Shown: positions 10,677-20,556, counted from the stretch's first letter. The stretch is 64,000 nt of DNA from an uncultured Eubacteriales bacterium (GCA_949286525.1 CASECT010000046.1:1255-65254), one strand, 5' to 3'. Translations and numbers: made by a program. The notes: a model not told the origin generated them from the sequence alone.

Positions 10677-11687
10677 TCAAAACTTGCCAGCCTTTGCAGC
10701 TTCCTCTACGGAAACGGCTACGGCTACGGTCATACCTACCATCGGGTTATTTCCCGCGCCGATCAGGCCCATCATCTCAACGTGAGCCGGAACAGAGGAA
10801 GATCCCGCGAACTGTGCGTCGGAGTGCATTCTTCCCATGGTGTCGGTCATACCGTAGGAAGCCGGACCTGCGGCCATGTTATCGGGATGCAGCGTACGTC
10901 CGGTACCGCCGCCGGAAGCAACAGAGAAGTACTTCTTGCCCTGCTCGATACACTCTTTCTTGTATGTACCTGCAACCGGATGCTGGAAACGTGTCGGGTT
11001 GGTGGAGTTACCGGTAATGGAAACGCCTACGTTCTCATAGTGCATGATGGCAACGCCCTCCTGCACATCATCCGCTCCATAGCACTTTACAGTGGAGCGA
11101 AGTCCGGTGGAGTAAGGTTTCTCGTATACAATGTTCAGTTCGTTCTTCTTGTAGTCAAACTTGGTCTCCACATAGGTAAATCCGTTGATACGGGAGATGA
11201 TCTGGGCAGCGTCCTTTCCAAGACCATTCAGGATAACACGCAGCGGTTTCTGGCGAACCTTGTTCGCCTTCTCAGCGATACCGATGGCGCCCTCAGCGGC
11301 AGCGAAGGACTCATGACCTGCCAGGAAACAGAAGCACTCGGTCTCCTCCTCCAGAAGCATCTTGCCCAGGTTTCCATGTCCCAGACCTACTTTTCTGTGG
11401 TCCGCAACAGAACCCGGAATACAGAAGGACTGAAGTCCCTCTCCGATGGCAGCCGCAGCGTCCGCAGCTCTGCGGCAGTCCTTCTTGATGGCGATTGCAG
11501 CGCCTACGATATATGCCCAGCATGCATTCTCAAAGCAGATGGGCTGAATACCCTTGATCTGATTGTAAACGTCCAGACCGGCATCCTTTGTAATCTTCTC
11601 CGCCTCCTCGATGGAACTGATGCCATACTTGTTCAGAGCGGCGTTGATCTGGTCAATTCTTCTTTCATATGATTCAAATAAAGCCAT
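10677..11687 (-). CDS. GGGtGRT-family protein, function unknown
   Basis: Signature SVASGGGTGRTLHPDNM; FLAGHESFAAAEG. Confidence 0.9.
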   Translation of the reverse strand: MALFESYERRIDQINAALNKYGISSIEEAEKITKDAGLDVYNQIKGIQPICFENACWAYIVGAAIAIKKDCRRAADAAAAIGEGLQSFCIPGSVADHRKVGLGHGNLGKMLLEEETECFCFLAGHESFAAAEGAIGIAEKANKVRQKPLRVILNGLGKDAAQIISRINGFTYVETKFDYKKNELNIVYEKPYSTGLRSTVKCYGADDVQEGVAIMHYENVGVSITGNSTNPTRFQHPVAGTYKKECIEQGKKYFSVASGGGTGRTLHPDNMAAGPASYGMTDTMGRMHSDAQFAGSSSVPAHVEMMGLIGAGNNPMVGMTVAVAVSVEEAAKAGKF

Positions 11688-11706
11688 TTCTTTCGTCTCC
11701 TTTCAA

Positions 11707-12399
11707 TTACTCTACTCTCGGGTCGATAATCTTAACGGCGTCAGCCACACGGCCGTACTCGCCTTTTGCCTTTTCCCATGCAGTGTTGGGATCATCGCCC
11801 TTCTTGATGAAGTCTGTCATCTTTCCGAGGGAAACGAACTGATAACCGATCACTTCGTTGTCTGCGTCCAGCGCAATGCCGGTAACATAGCCTTCCGCCA
11901 TCTCCAGATAGCGAACGCCCTTTGCCTTGGTAGCGTACATGGTTCCCACCTGAGAACGGAGGCCCTTGCCCAGGTCTTCCAGGCCGGCGCCTACTGCCAG
12001 ACCGTCATCAGAGAACGCGCTCTGGGTACGGCCGTAAACGATCTGCAGGAACAGCTCTCTCATGGCTGTGTTGATGGCGTCGCATACCAGGTCCGTGTTC
12101 AGAGCCTCCAGAATGGTCTTACCCTGAAGAATCTCAGCCGCCATAGCTGCGGAATGGGTCATACCGGAGCAGCCGATGGTCTCTACCAGCGCTTCCTCGA
12201 TCACGCCGTTTTTTACATTCAGAGTCAGCTTGCAGGCACCCTGCTGGGGAGCACACCAGCCAACACCGTGGGTAAAGCCGGAGATATCTTCAATTTTTTT
12301 GGAATGCACCCATTTTCCTTCTTCCGGAATGGGAGCCGGTTCATGTTTTGCGCCCTTGGCAACCGGACACATGTTTTCAACTTCCTTTGTGTAGATCAT
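11707..12399 (-). CDS. NifU/IscU-N-like Fe-S scaffold-related protein, partner of GGGtGRT
   Basis: GWCAPQQGACKLTL..ETIGCSGMTHSA..GKTILEA..LVCDA cysteine pattern. Confidence 0.8.
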   Translation of the reverse strand: MIYTKEVENMCPVAKGAKHEPAPIPEEGKWVHSKKIEDISGFTHGVGWCAPQQGACKLTLNVKNGVIEEALVETIGCSGMTHSAAMAAEILQGKTILEALNTDLVCDAINTAMRELFLQIVYGRTQSAFSDDGLAVGAGLEDLGKGLRSQVGTMYATKAKGVRYLEMAEGYVTGIALDADNEVIGYQFVSLGKMTDFIKKGDDPNTAWEKAKGEYGRVADAVKIIDPRVE

Positions 12400-12432
12400 T
12401 TTAAGACTCCTTTCGTATACATAGAGAATGTT

Positions 12433-12450
12433 ATGTTAAAAACTTCACAT
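12433..12450. promoter_or_regulatory. Rex-like operator upstream of the NifU-like/GGGtGRT operon
   Basis: ATGTTAA-aaac-TTCACAT matches TTGTKAA-N4-TTMACAA; weaker site CCGTGAC-N4-TTCGCAT at 12458-12475. Confidence 0.55.
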
Positions 12451-12546
12451 TAACATACCGTGACTATTTTCGCATATTTACAGCGGTTCGTAAAGTGAAT
12501 TTTCACGGTTTTTCCGGGATTTTTTCGGCTTTTTTTCCAAAAAATA

Positions 12547-12978
12547 TCAATCTTTCAGCGGCCTTCCGTTCCCATCGGTCTTAATACTTCCCGCCAGTAT
12601 CATGATGCCTTCAACCAGCCCCCAGATGCCGATAGCCCAAACCAGAAGCGCGCCGATGCCGATGCAGGAAAGAATCAGGCCCAAAATCGTAAGCACCAGC
12701 TGAATCACGGCCTTGGAAGTATAGCCCAGATAAAAGTTGTGCACGCCGAAAGCTCCCAAAAAAATTCCCAGAAGCCCCGCGGCAATTTTCGACTTGGCGT
12801 TGGGACTCGGAATCGCCGATGTGCTGCAGCCGCAGTTAGTGCAGACGGCAGCGTTGGGATCTACCGGATGGCCGCAGTTATAGCAGAAATGATTACCCTC
12901 GCCCTTCGGAGCTCCACACTTGACACACATAACAGAATCCGGCGACGGATACTCTGCTCCACAATTCTTACAATACAT
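12547..12978 (-). CDS. Zinc-ribbon plus TM2-domain membrane protein
   Basis: Four CxxCG motifs; KSKIAAGLLGIFLGAFGVHNFYLG TM2 motif. Confidence 0.88.
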   Translation of the reverse strand: MYCKNCGAEYPSPDSVMCVKCGAPKGEGNHFCYNCGHPVDPNAAVCTNCGCSTSAIPSPNAKSKIAAGLLGIFLGAFGVHNFYLGYTSKAVIQLVLTILGLILSCIGIGALLVWAIGIWGLVEGIMILAGSIKTDGNGRPLKD

Positions 12979-13650
12979 TTACATCTCCTCCTTTTTTACA
13001 ATTTCGCTTTTGTTTTTATAGATGCAATCCCCGGGGATCACTCCCCTTACCATGGATACGGGGTACACGTTGGTGTGTGCGCCGATAACGGTTCCGGGAT
13101 TCAGCACGCTGTTGCAGCCCACCTCCACATAATCCCCCAGCATGGCGCCAAATTTTTTCAGTCCGGTGGCAATTTTTTCATCGCCGCTCTTCACTTCCAC
13201 CAACGTCTTGTCGGATTTTACGTTGGAGGTAATGCTCCCGGCTCCCATATGGGATTTATGTCCGAGGATCGAATCCCCCACATAGTTGTAATGGGGCACC
13301 TGAACGCCGTCGAAAAGCACTACATTTTTCAGCTCTGTGGAATTGCCGACCACGCAGTGTTTCCCGACGATGGCTTTCCCGCGGATAAAGGCGCAGTGGC
13401 GGATTTCCGCCTCCTCGTCGATGATCAGAGGCCCGTTGAGGCAGGCTGTAGGCGCCACCTTCGCGGACCTTGCCACCCAGACATCCTCGCCCATTCTGTC
13501 AAATTTCTCCGGATCCAGCTTTGCACCCAATCGCAGAATATACTCTCCGATGACCGGGAGCACCTCCCATGGATATTCCGCGTTTTCAAACAAACCGCGC
13601 GCAATGGTGTAATTCAGGTCGTACAGCTGACTGATTTTACATGCTTCCAT
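12979..13650 (-). CDS. Left-handed beta-helix acyltransferase, stand-alone GlmU C-terminal-like
   Basis: IRHCAFIRG, VGNSTELKN, PHYNYVGDSILG, hexapeptide repeats. Confidence 0.8.
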   Translation of the reverse strand: MEACKISQLYDLNYTIARGLFENAEYPWEVLPVIGEYILRLGAKLDPEKFDRMGEDVWVARSAKVAPTACLNGPLIIDEEAEIRHCAFIRGKAIVGKHCVVGNSTELKNVVLFDGVQVPHYNYVGDSILGHKSHMGAGSITSNVKSDKTLVEVKSGDEKIATGLKKFGAMLGDYVEVGCNSVLNPGTVIGAHTNVYPVSMVRGVIPGDCIYKNKSEIVKKEEM

Positions 13651-13661
13651 CTTCCGTCTCC

Positions 13662-15794
13662 TCACTTCTTCTTTTTTCGATAATAGGATTCCACCGCCCG
13701 ATAACGGTCCGCCAGCGCATACTGGTTGCGCAGGGAGAGCACCCGGTCAGTGCGCCTTCGGATGAAATCCTCCAGCTTTTGCATATACTCGTCGGAAGTA
13801 ATGGTTCCCTCCGCCACATAAGTCAATCCCTTCTCCCAGCTGGCTGTCAGTTCCGGGTTCAGCAGAGATGTGATGGACTGGTCCACAATATCGTAAATCA
13901 TCTCTCCCCGCAGCGTGGGGGTAATGACCTGTGTCTTCTTATTCAATGCCAGATATTTGTTGTTTACCAGTTTCTTCAGGATCTCAGCCCGGGTCGCCGA
14001 CGTACCGATGCCGCTGCCCTTGATCTGAGACCGCAGCTCCTCGTCCTCGATGAGCTGCCCGGCGTTTTCCATAGCCAGAATCATGGAACCGGAATTGTAG
14101 CGCTTCGGCGGGGATGTCTCTCCTTCCCGGATAGCGAGATGACGGAATAAAACCGGATCGCCCTTTTTGCACTTTGCCAGGATCTGCGCCGTATCCGTTC
14201 CGATCTCCTGTTCCTCTTCCTGGGAAAACTCCTCCTGAGCGACGGTGTTTTCCTGCTGCCGCTTCTTTCGGAAGGAGTACTCCATAACCTCCAGATACCC
14301 CGGTTCCTTTAAGTACTTCTCACTGGCGAAAAGGTACTCTCCCGTCAGGCAGACCGTCAGATTGATCTTCTCGTATACCGCCGGCGGATAAAAAATCGCC
14401 AGAAACCGGCGGACGATCGTCTCATACACATGGACTCCTCTGGAATTCATGCCCTTCAACGCGCCGAGGCCCTGTCCGGTAGGGATGATCGCGTAGTGAT
14501 CGGTAATCTGCTTGTCGTTGACATAGCGGGTTTTCGCGATATTTTTGTAGTTCTCCTTTTCAAGGATCTCCTCCGCGAAGGGCCGGACGCCGGGAATACC
14601 CGTAAGGCCGGAAATATTTTTTCGAATCTCCTTGGCCACCGCGGTGGACAGCACTCTCGCGTCAGTTCTCGGATAGGTTACCAACTTTTTTTCATAGAGT
14701 TCCTGAACCACCGCCAGAGTCTCATCGGGACTGATCTTAAAGAACCGGGAGCAGTCGTTCTGAAGCTCCGCCAGATTGTAGAGCAGGGGCGGATTTTTCT
14801 TCTCCTTCTTCCGCTCTGCCTTCGTGATGGTTCCCTCCCTGTCACAGGCAATCCGGTCTTCCATCTTCTCCTTCTGGGGATCCTTCGCCCCGAAGGCCTC
14901 CTTCGCGCCGGCATTCTGGGGAACCTTTTCAAAAGCCGCCGTGTCCCTCGGCAGTTCCAGAAGTTCCTCGATCAGGTGCACTGCGTCAATTTTTTCCTTA
15001 AACCCGTTCTCCTTATAGAGAAGTGGCGAATTTTCATACCGGGAACCGTGGACACTCTTCCACTCCACGGTCACGGCAGCCCCCGAAATTCCGGCATTTC
15101 CCACCACCCGGTAAAAGGGCGTTTTGACAAAGTCCCGGATCTCCCGCTCCCGGCGCACCACCATGCCAAGCACGCAGGTCATAACCCGGCCCACGGAGAT
15201 CACGCTGTATTTTTCGTTGAGGAATCCCGCCATAGTATTTCCGTATTTAATCGTAAGAAGCCGGGAAAAGTTGATACCCATCAGGTAATCTTCCTTGGCG
15301 CGCAGGTAGGCAGCGTCCGCCAGATGATCGTAAACCGACAGATCCTTCGCCTCCCGGATTCCCCGGAGGATCTCCTCCTCTGTCTGGGAATCGATCCATA
15401 CCCGGCGGCGTTCCTTTCCCTTTACCCGCGCCATCTGCTCCACCAGCCGGTAGATATACTCCCCCTCCCGCCCTGAGTCGGTGCAAACATAGATTACATC
15501 CACATCAGGACGGTTCAGAAGCCCCGCCACGATCTTGAACTGCTTCGCGGAGCTCTCGATGACCTCGTATTTGAACTCCTTTGGCAGAAAAGGCAGGGTG
15601 TCCAGCCGCCAGCGGCGGTACTTCTCATCGTAGACTTCCGGGTAACTCATGGTTACCAGATGCCCCACACACCAGGTCACGACGGCATGGTCACTCTCGG
15701 TGTAGCCGTCATGATTTTTCATATTTTCTTTTAACGCTTTCGCAAACTCTCTCGCCACACTGGGCTTCTCTGCTATGTATAAAGCTTTGCCCAT
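13662..15794 (-). CDS. topB: DNA topoisomerase III (type IA)
   Basis: IAEKPSVA, DSGREGE, SVGRVMT, TYPRTD catalytic Tyr, GIGTSATRA. Confidence 0.9.
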   Translation of the reverse strand: MGKALYIAEKPSVAREFAKALKENMKNHDGYTESDHAVVTWCVGHLVTMSYPEVYDEKYRRWRLDTLPFLPKEFKYEVIESSAKQFKIVAGLLNRPDVDVIYVCTDSGREGEYIYRLVEQMARVKGKERRRVWIDSQTEEEILRGIREAKDLSVYDHLADAAYLRAKEDYLMGINFSRLLTIKYGNTMAGFLNEKYSVISVGRVMTCVLGMVVRREREIRDFVKTPFYRVVGNAGISGAAVTVEWKSVHGSRYENSPLLYKENGFKEKIDAVHLIEELLELPRDTAAFEKVPQNAGAKEAFGAKDPQKEKMEDRIACDREGTITKAERKKEKKNPPLLYNLAELQNDCSRFFKISPDETLAVVQELYEKKLVTYPRTDARVLSTAVAKEIRKNISGLTGIPGVRPFAEEILEKENYKNIAKTRYVNDKQITDHYAIIPTGQGLGALKGMNSRGVHVYETIVRRFLAIFYPPAVYEKINLTVCLTGEYLFASEKYLKEPGYLEVMEYSFRKKRQQENTVAQEEFSQEEEQEIGTDTAQILAKCKKGDPVLFRHLAIREGETSPPKRYNSGSMILAMENAGQLIEDEELRSQIKGSGIGTSATRAEILKKLVNNKYLALNKKTQVITPTLRGEMIYDIVDQSITSLLNPELTASWEKGLTYVAEGTITSDEYMQKLEDFIRRRTDRVLSLRNQYALADRYRAVESYYRKKKK

Positions 15795-15804
15795 AAAAAT
15801 CCTT

Positions 15805-16896
15805 CTATTTCTTCGTGATGTATCCCTGAGCCTTCAGAAGTTCTGCGCAGAGCACCGCGCCGCCGGCCGCGCCGCGGACTGTGTTGTGGGAAAGTCCGAT
15901 GAATTTCCAGTCGTAGACCGTATCCTCGCGGAGACGTCCCACGCTAATTCCCATACCGTTCTCATAATCCACGTCCAGACGCACCTGGGGCCGGTCATCC
16001 TCCTCCATGTAGCGGATGAACTGCTTCGGAGCGCTGGGCAGTCCCAGTCTCTGGGGCTCGCCGGAATAGTTGGTAAGGGCATCGATCAGCTGCTCCTTCG
16101 TTGGCTGCTTGCGGAATTTCACAAAGACAGCCGCAGTGTGGCCGTTAAGCACCGGCACGCGGATACACTGACAGGTAATGACGGGAGACTCCGCCGGAAC
16201 AATCACGCCCTTCTCCTCATCGATATGTCCCCAGATCCGCAGGGGCTCCTTCTCGCTCTTTTCCTCCTCGCCGCCGATGTAGGGGATAATATTCCCCTCC
16301 ATTTCCGGCCAGTCCTTAAAGGTCTTGCCGGCTCCGGAGATCGCCTGGTAAGTGGTCGCCACCACCTCGTAGGGCTCAAACTCCTTCCAGGCGGTAAGCA
16401 CCGGCGCGTAGGACTGAATGGAGCAGTTGGGTTTTACCGCCACAAATCCTCTGGTGGTGCCCAAACGCTTCTTCTGGAAGTCGATGACTCTCATATGCTC
16501 CGGATTAATCTCCGGCACTACCATGGGAACATCCGGCGTCCAGCGATGAGCACTGTTGTTGGAAACCACCGGCGTCTCGGTCTTTGCGTAGGCCTCCTCG
16601 ATGGCCTTGATCTCCTCCTTCGTCATATCTACAGCGGAGAACACAAAATCCACCTCGGATGCCACATGTTCCACCTCGTTTACATTCTTTACCACAATAT
16701 CCTTGACAGCTTCCGGCATGGGCGTATCCATCTTCCAGCGTCCCCCCACCGCGTCCTCGTAACGCTTTCCGGCGCTCCTGGGGCTGGCGGCGATAGTTGT
16801 CACCTCAAACCAGGGATGGTTTTCCAGCAGAGAGATAAATCTCTGTCCTACCATACCGGTTCCTCCTAAGATACCTACCTTCAGTTTCTCACTCAT
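15805..16896 (-). CDS. asd: Aspartate-semialdehyde dehydrogenase
   Basis: GGTGMVGQRF, KPNCS, QAISGAG, RVPVLNGH, HNTVRGAAG. Confidence 0.95.
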   Translation of the reverse strand: MSEKLKVGILGGTGMVGQRFISLLENHPWFEVTTIAASPRSAGKRYEDAVGGRWKMDTPMPEAVKDIVVKNVNEVEHVASEVDFVFSAVDMTKEEIKAIEEAYAKTETPVVSNNSAHRWTPDVPMVVPEINPEHMRVIDFQKKRLGTTRGFVAVKPNCSIQSYAPVLTAWKEFEPYEVVATTYQAISGAGKTFKDWPEMEGNIIPYIGGEEEKSEKEPLRIWGHIDEEKGVIVPAESPVITCQCIRVPVLNGHTAAVFVKFRKQPTKEQLIDALTNYSGEPQRLGLPSAPKQFIRYMEEDDRPQVRLDVDYENGMGISVGRLREDTVYDWKFIGLSHNTVRGAAGGAVLCAELLKAQGYITKK

Positions 16897-16921
16897 GTCT
16901 CTTTCCTCTCTTCCAAATATT

Positions 16922-18310
16922 TTATTTTTCATCACTTCCAGACAGATAGTCCCGATAGATCGTGATAACCTTTTCCATAGCTTCCTTGCCCGGAGCTCCA
17001 ACAGTCAGACGTTTGTTCACGCAGGTGTCCATGGAGATGGCGTCATAGATATCCTCGTCAAAGGCGGGACAGATCTCCTGCAGCTCCTCCAGGGACAGAT
17101 CGTCGATAGCGCATCCTTTCTCGATGCAGCGAAGCACCACCTGACCGACGATCCCGTGGGCATCCCGGAAAGGAACCCCCTTGCCTACCAGATAGTCCGC
17201 CGCGTCGGTGGCGTTGGTAAAGCCATGTCGGGCGCTCTTTTCCATGACATCCTTCCGGAAAGTCATGGTGGCAAGCATACCGTCAAAGAGGCTGATGCAG
17301 TTCTGCACCGTCTCCATGGCGTCGAAGGACAGCTCCTTGTCCTCCTGCATATCTTTATTATAGGCCAGCGGAATACCTTTCATAGTGGTAAGCAGAGCCG
17401 TCAGCGCCCCGTACACCCTGCCGGTCTTTCCCCGCACCAGCTCCGCGATGTCGGGGTTCTTCTTCTGGGGCATGATGCTGCTCCCGGTACTGTAGGCGTC
17501 GTCAATCTCCACGAACTGGTACTCGTTGGAGTTCCAGAGGATAATCTCCTCGCAGAAGCGGCTCAGATGCATCATGATGGTGGAGAGCGCCGCCAGATAT
17601 TCCAGCAGATAATCCCGGTCGCTGACCCCGTCCATGCTGTTTAAGGTCGGACCGTAAAAGCCCAGAAGTTCCGCCGTGTACTCCCGGTCCAGCGGATAAG
17701 TGGTTCCCGCCAGCGCCCCGGATCCCAGGGGACAATAGTTCATCCGCTCGTAAATATCGGACAGACGCTGCCGATCCCGCTTAAACATCTCAAAATACGC
17801 TCCCATATGATGAGCCAGGGTAATGGGCTGAGCCTTCTGTAAATGGGTAAAGCCCGGCATGATCGTCTCCGCATTCTGCTCCATGACCGTAAGAATTGTC
17901 TCCAGCAGATGCTTTAACAGTTCGTTGGTCTGCTGTACCTGAGTTCTCGTATAGAGACGCATATCCAGAGCCACCTGGTCGTTTCTGCTTCTGCCGGTGT
18001 GCAGCTTCTTTCCCGGATCTCCTATCCGCTCGATCAAGTTCGCCTCCACAAAACTGTGCACATCCTCATATTCCTCCGTGATGGGAAGTTTTCCCTCCCT
18101 CACATCCGTCTCGATACTGTCAAGCCCCGAGAGAATAGCATCCCGGTCGCTGTCTGATATAATTCCCTGCTTTGCCAGCATCTTCACATGGGCGCGGCTC
18201 CCCTCCAGATCTTCCCTGAGAAGTTTCTGGTCAAAGCCGATGGACGCGTTAAAGGCATATACCTGCCGGTCCGTCTCCTTGGTAAATCTTCCGCCCCACA
18301 ATTGAGCCAT
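16922..18310 (-). CDS. argH: Argininosuccinate lyase
   Basis: LWGGRF, HTGRSRNDQ, GSSIMPQKKNPD. Confidence 0.97.
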   Translation of the reverse strand: MAQLWGGRFTKETDRQVYAFNASIGFDQKLLREDLEGSRAHVKMLAKQGIISDSDRDAILSGLDSIETDVREGKLPITEEYEDVHSFVEANLIERIGDPGKKLHTGRSRNDQVALDMRLYTRTQVQQTNELLKHLLETILTVMEQNAETIMPGFTHLQKAQPITLAHHMGAYFEMFKRDRQRLSDIYERMNYCPLGSGALAGTTYPLDREYTAELLGFYGPTLNSMDGVSDRDYLLEYLAALSTIMMHLSRFCEEIILWNSNEYQFVEIDDAYSTGSSIMPQKKNPDIAELVRGKTGRVYGALTALLTTMKGIPLAYNKDMQEDKELSFDAMETVQNCISLFDGMLATMTFRKDVMEKSARHGFTNATDAADYLVGKGVPFRDAHGIVGQVVLRCIEKGCAIDDLSLEELQEICPAFDEDIYDAISMDTCVNKRLTVGAPGKEAMEKVITIYRDYLSGSDEK

Positions 18311-18332
18311 CTGTCTGTCCTCCTTCGTCACT

Positions 18333-18971
18333 TCATTTCATAATTTCCTTGCTTCTCTCCCGCTCTCTTCTGGAGAAAACGCAGCCGCAGTAGTCCTGCC
18401 GGTACAGATCATACGCTCTTGACAGTTCCACCGATCTCTGATATCCGCCCCGCTTCTTGAAATCAGAAAAAAGATAGGGCACCTGGTAGCGCTCTGCCAA
18501 TTCCCCGCCGATGGCGTTCAGCAGTCCGGCGTTCTTTAACGGGCTGATGGAGAGGGTTGTAGTAAAATAATTCATCTTCCGTTCTGCCGCAAATTTTGCC
18601 GTCTCTTCCAGCCGCAGCCGGAAACACACCTCGCATCTGGCTCCGCCCTCAGGCTCCCGCTCCAGTCCCCGCACACTTTCATAATAGCGGTCCCTCTCAA
18701 AGCTGCCCTCCAGAAAGTCAATGGGATATCTGGCAGGGAAGCGCCGGATCAGTTCCTTCTGCTCCTCCACCCGCTTGCGATATTCCTCTTCCGGGTCAAT
18801 GTTGGGATTGTAATAAAAGACTGTTATCCTGAAAAAATCGGACAGATACTCCAGAACATAGCTGCTGCAGGGTGCGCAGCAACTATGCAGCAGCAGAGAG
18901 GGCACACGCCCGTCCCGCTGCAGTCCCGCAAGGGTCTCCTCGAGCACCTTTTGATAATTTATTGCGTTCAT
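18333..18971 (-). CDS. queH: Epoxyqueuosine reductase QueH (DUF208)
   Basis: LLHSCCAPCS, FYYNPNI, RCEVCF, YRQDYCGC. Confidence 0.88.
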   Translation of the reverse strand: MNAINYQKVLEETLAGLQRDGRVPSLLLHSCCAPCSSYVLEYLSDFFRITVFYYNPNIDPEEEYRKRVEEQKELIRRFPARYPIDFLEGSFERDRYYESVRGLEREPEGGARCEVCFRLRLEETAKFAAERKMNYFTTTLSISPLKNAGLLNAIGGELAERYQVPYLFSDFKKRGGYQRSVELSRAYDLYRQDYCGCVFSRRERERSKEIMK

Positions 18972-18983
18972 AGCCGCTGCCGC

Positions 18984-19322
18984 CTATGCCTCTTCTCTGG
19001 TCCAGAGATACAGAAGCACTACTGCCGCCACATATACCACCGCCATGCAGATCATCAGTTGGCCTCTTTCGAGGAAAAAGCCTGCCGCGATCTGAACAGC
19101 CACAACAAGCCCATGAATCCATATGGGGATCCGGTTCAGGCACACGCAGAGCACCGCCTCCAGAATAACCAGAGTGCACACCGGCACCAGCGGAATCCCC
19201 AGCGCAAAATAACTTACCAAAATCATGGCAGCCGCCAGAATGGCAAAGATAATCAACCCGATCATGGGAATATGCCGATGCAGCGACTCTCTATTTATGG
19301 CAATCTGCTTTGTCTCTCTCAT
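18984..19322 (-). CDS. Small hypothetical membrane protein (about 4 TM helices)
   Basis: Hydrophobic 112-aa ORF, AAAGGAG RBS, TTGTGT-17-TATAAT upstream. Confidence 0.7.
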   Translation of the reverse strand: MRETKQIAINRESLHRHIPMIGLIIFAILAAAMILVSYFALGIPLVPVCTLVILEAVLCVCLNRIPIWIHGLVVAVQIAAGFFLERGQLMICMAVVYVAAVVLLYLWTREEA

Positions 19323-19403
19323 GATAAACTCCTTTAACCCTTACGTTGTTTTTCACATTATAACAAGAATCGAAGATTTACACAACTTTTTTTAAAAAAA
19401 GGA

Positions 19404-19432
19404 TTGCCAAACCAAATGTTTTTTTATATAAT
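19404..19432 (+). promoter_or_regulatory. Sigma-A promoter of tRNA-Thr
   Basis: TTGCCA-17-TATAAT with A/T-tract UP element. Confidence 0.75.
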
Positions 19433-19441
19433 CTTAGTGTT

Positions 19442-19514
19442 GCTTCGATAGCTCAGTTGGTAGAGCACTTCACTCGTAATGAAGGGGTCGTCAGTTCGAG
19501 TCTGATTCGGAGCT
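19442..19514 (+). tRNA. tRNA-Thr(CGT), CCA not encoded
   Basis: Acceptor GCTTCGA/TCGGAGC; anticodon arm CTTCA-CTCGTAA-TGAAG; TTCGAGT T-loop. Confidence 0.95.
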
Positions 19515-19520
19515 TTTATC

Positions 19521-19567
19521 AAAAAACCGGGGAAATGCAAAAAACAGATTGCATTCCTCCGGTTTTT
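19521..19567 (+). terminator. Terminator after tRNA-Thr
   Basis: AAAAACCGG...CCGGTTTTT inverted repeat. Confidence 0.7.
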
Positions 19568-19659
19568 CTGTTACAGTATTTCCACGCGGCGGGTCTGCCG
19601 CATCTATATATTTTCTTTTTCACATCTTTTTACGCTCTGATGTCGGATTCGGAGCATCC

Positions 19660-20556
19660 ATGACATATCAGGAATTTTTAAATGAACTTACTGCTTATCT
19701 GAAAAAAGAACTGCCCGAGGATACCCGTCTGCACCTTTCTCAGGTCTTAAAGACCAACGGCCTGCGCCTGGACTGCATTACCTTTTCCGCTCCGGGCCTT
19801 TCCGTCTCTCCGGCCATTTATCCAAAAGACTATTTTCCGCGGCTTTCCACCTGTTCCCTGCCTTCTCTGGCAGAAGAGATTCTCTCCCTCTACCGGGATA
19901 TCGGCCGACACAGCCCGGATACGTCCTTCTTTACGGATCCCTCCCGTCTGCGGCCCTATGTGGTCTTCCGGCTGATTCAGCAGAAACAGAACCGGGAACT
20001 TTTGGAAGCCCTGCCTCATATTCCCTTTCTGGATCTGGCCATCGTCTTCTACCTTCTGCTCCCCTGTGGAAACCATGCGATGACGGGCAGCGCCCTGATT
20101 CGCCATGAACACCTCAAGGCCTGGAATATGACAGTCCGGGATCTAACGGAGCTGGCCAGAGAAAATACTCCGCGGCTTCTGGGACAGGAACTGCTTCCCA
20201 TGGAAGAAATGTTGCGGAAGCTTCTCCCCTCTGAAACAGCAAAAGACCTGTTTGCCGACAATCCAAAGGAGCGCTGTCCCCTGTATGTCCTGACCAATCG
20301 TCTGCAACTCTACGGCGCCGGCTGCATGCTCTATGACGGAGTTCTGGAAACCTTTGCCACGGCCCGCGGCTGCGATCTTTATATCCTCCCGAGCAGCGTC
20401 CACGAAGTCCTGCTCATGCCTGTCTCCGAAGATTTCTCCGTAGAAGAATTAAACCAAATGATCCTTCAGGTAAATCGGGACCATGTCTCCCGGGAAGAAA
20501 TTCTCTCCGACCATATCTACCGCTACTCTCTGAAGGACAGGAAACTACTCTGCTGA
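19660..20556 (+). CDS. DUF5688-like protein
   Basis: LKTNG..SPAIY, FLDLAIVFY, LYVLTN..YGA, YILPSSVHEV, LSDHIYRY; start MTYQEFL follows GGAG. Confidence 0.8.
   Translation: MTYQEFLNELTAYLKKELPEDTRLHLSQVLKTNGLRLDCITFSAPGLSVSPAIYPKDYFPRLSTCSLPSLAEEILSLYRDIGRHSPDTSFFTDPSRLRPYVVFRLIQQKQNRELLEALPHIPFLDLAIVFYLLLPCGNHAMTGSALIRHEHLKAWNMTVRDLTELARENTPRLLGQELLPMEEMLRKLLPSETAKDLFADNPKERCPLYVLTNRLQLYGAGCMLYDGVLETFATARGCDLYILPSSVHEVLLMPVSEDFSVEELNQMILQVNRDHVSREEILSDHIYRYSLKDRKLLC

Noticed and set aside
13662-15794. topB as a sign of a conjugative element
   Set aside because: Embedded in a housekeeping operon with asd and argH; no relaxase, T4SS or integrase nearby
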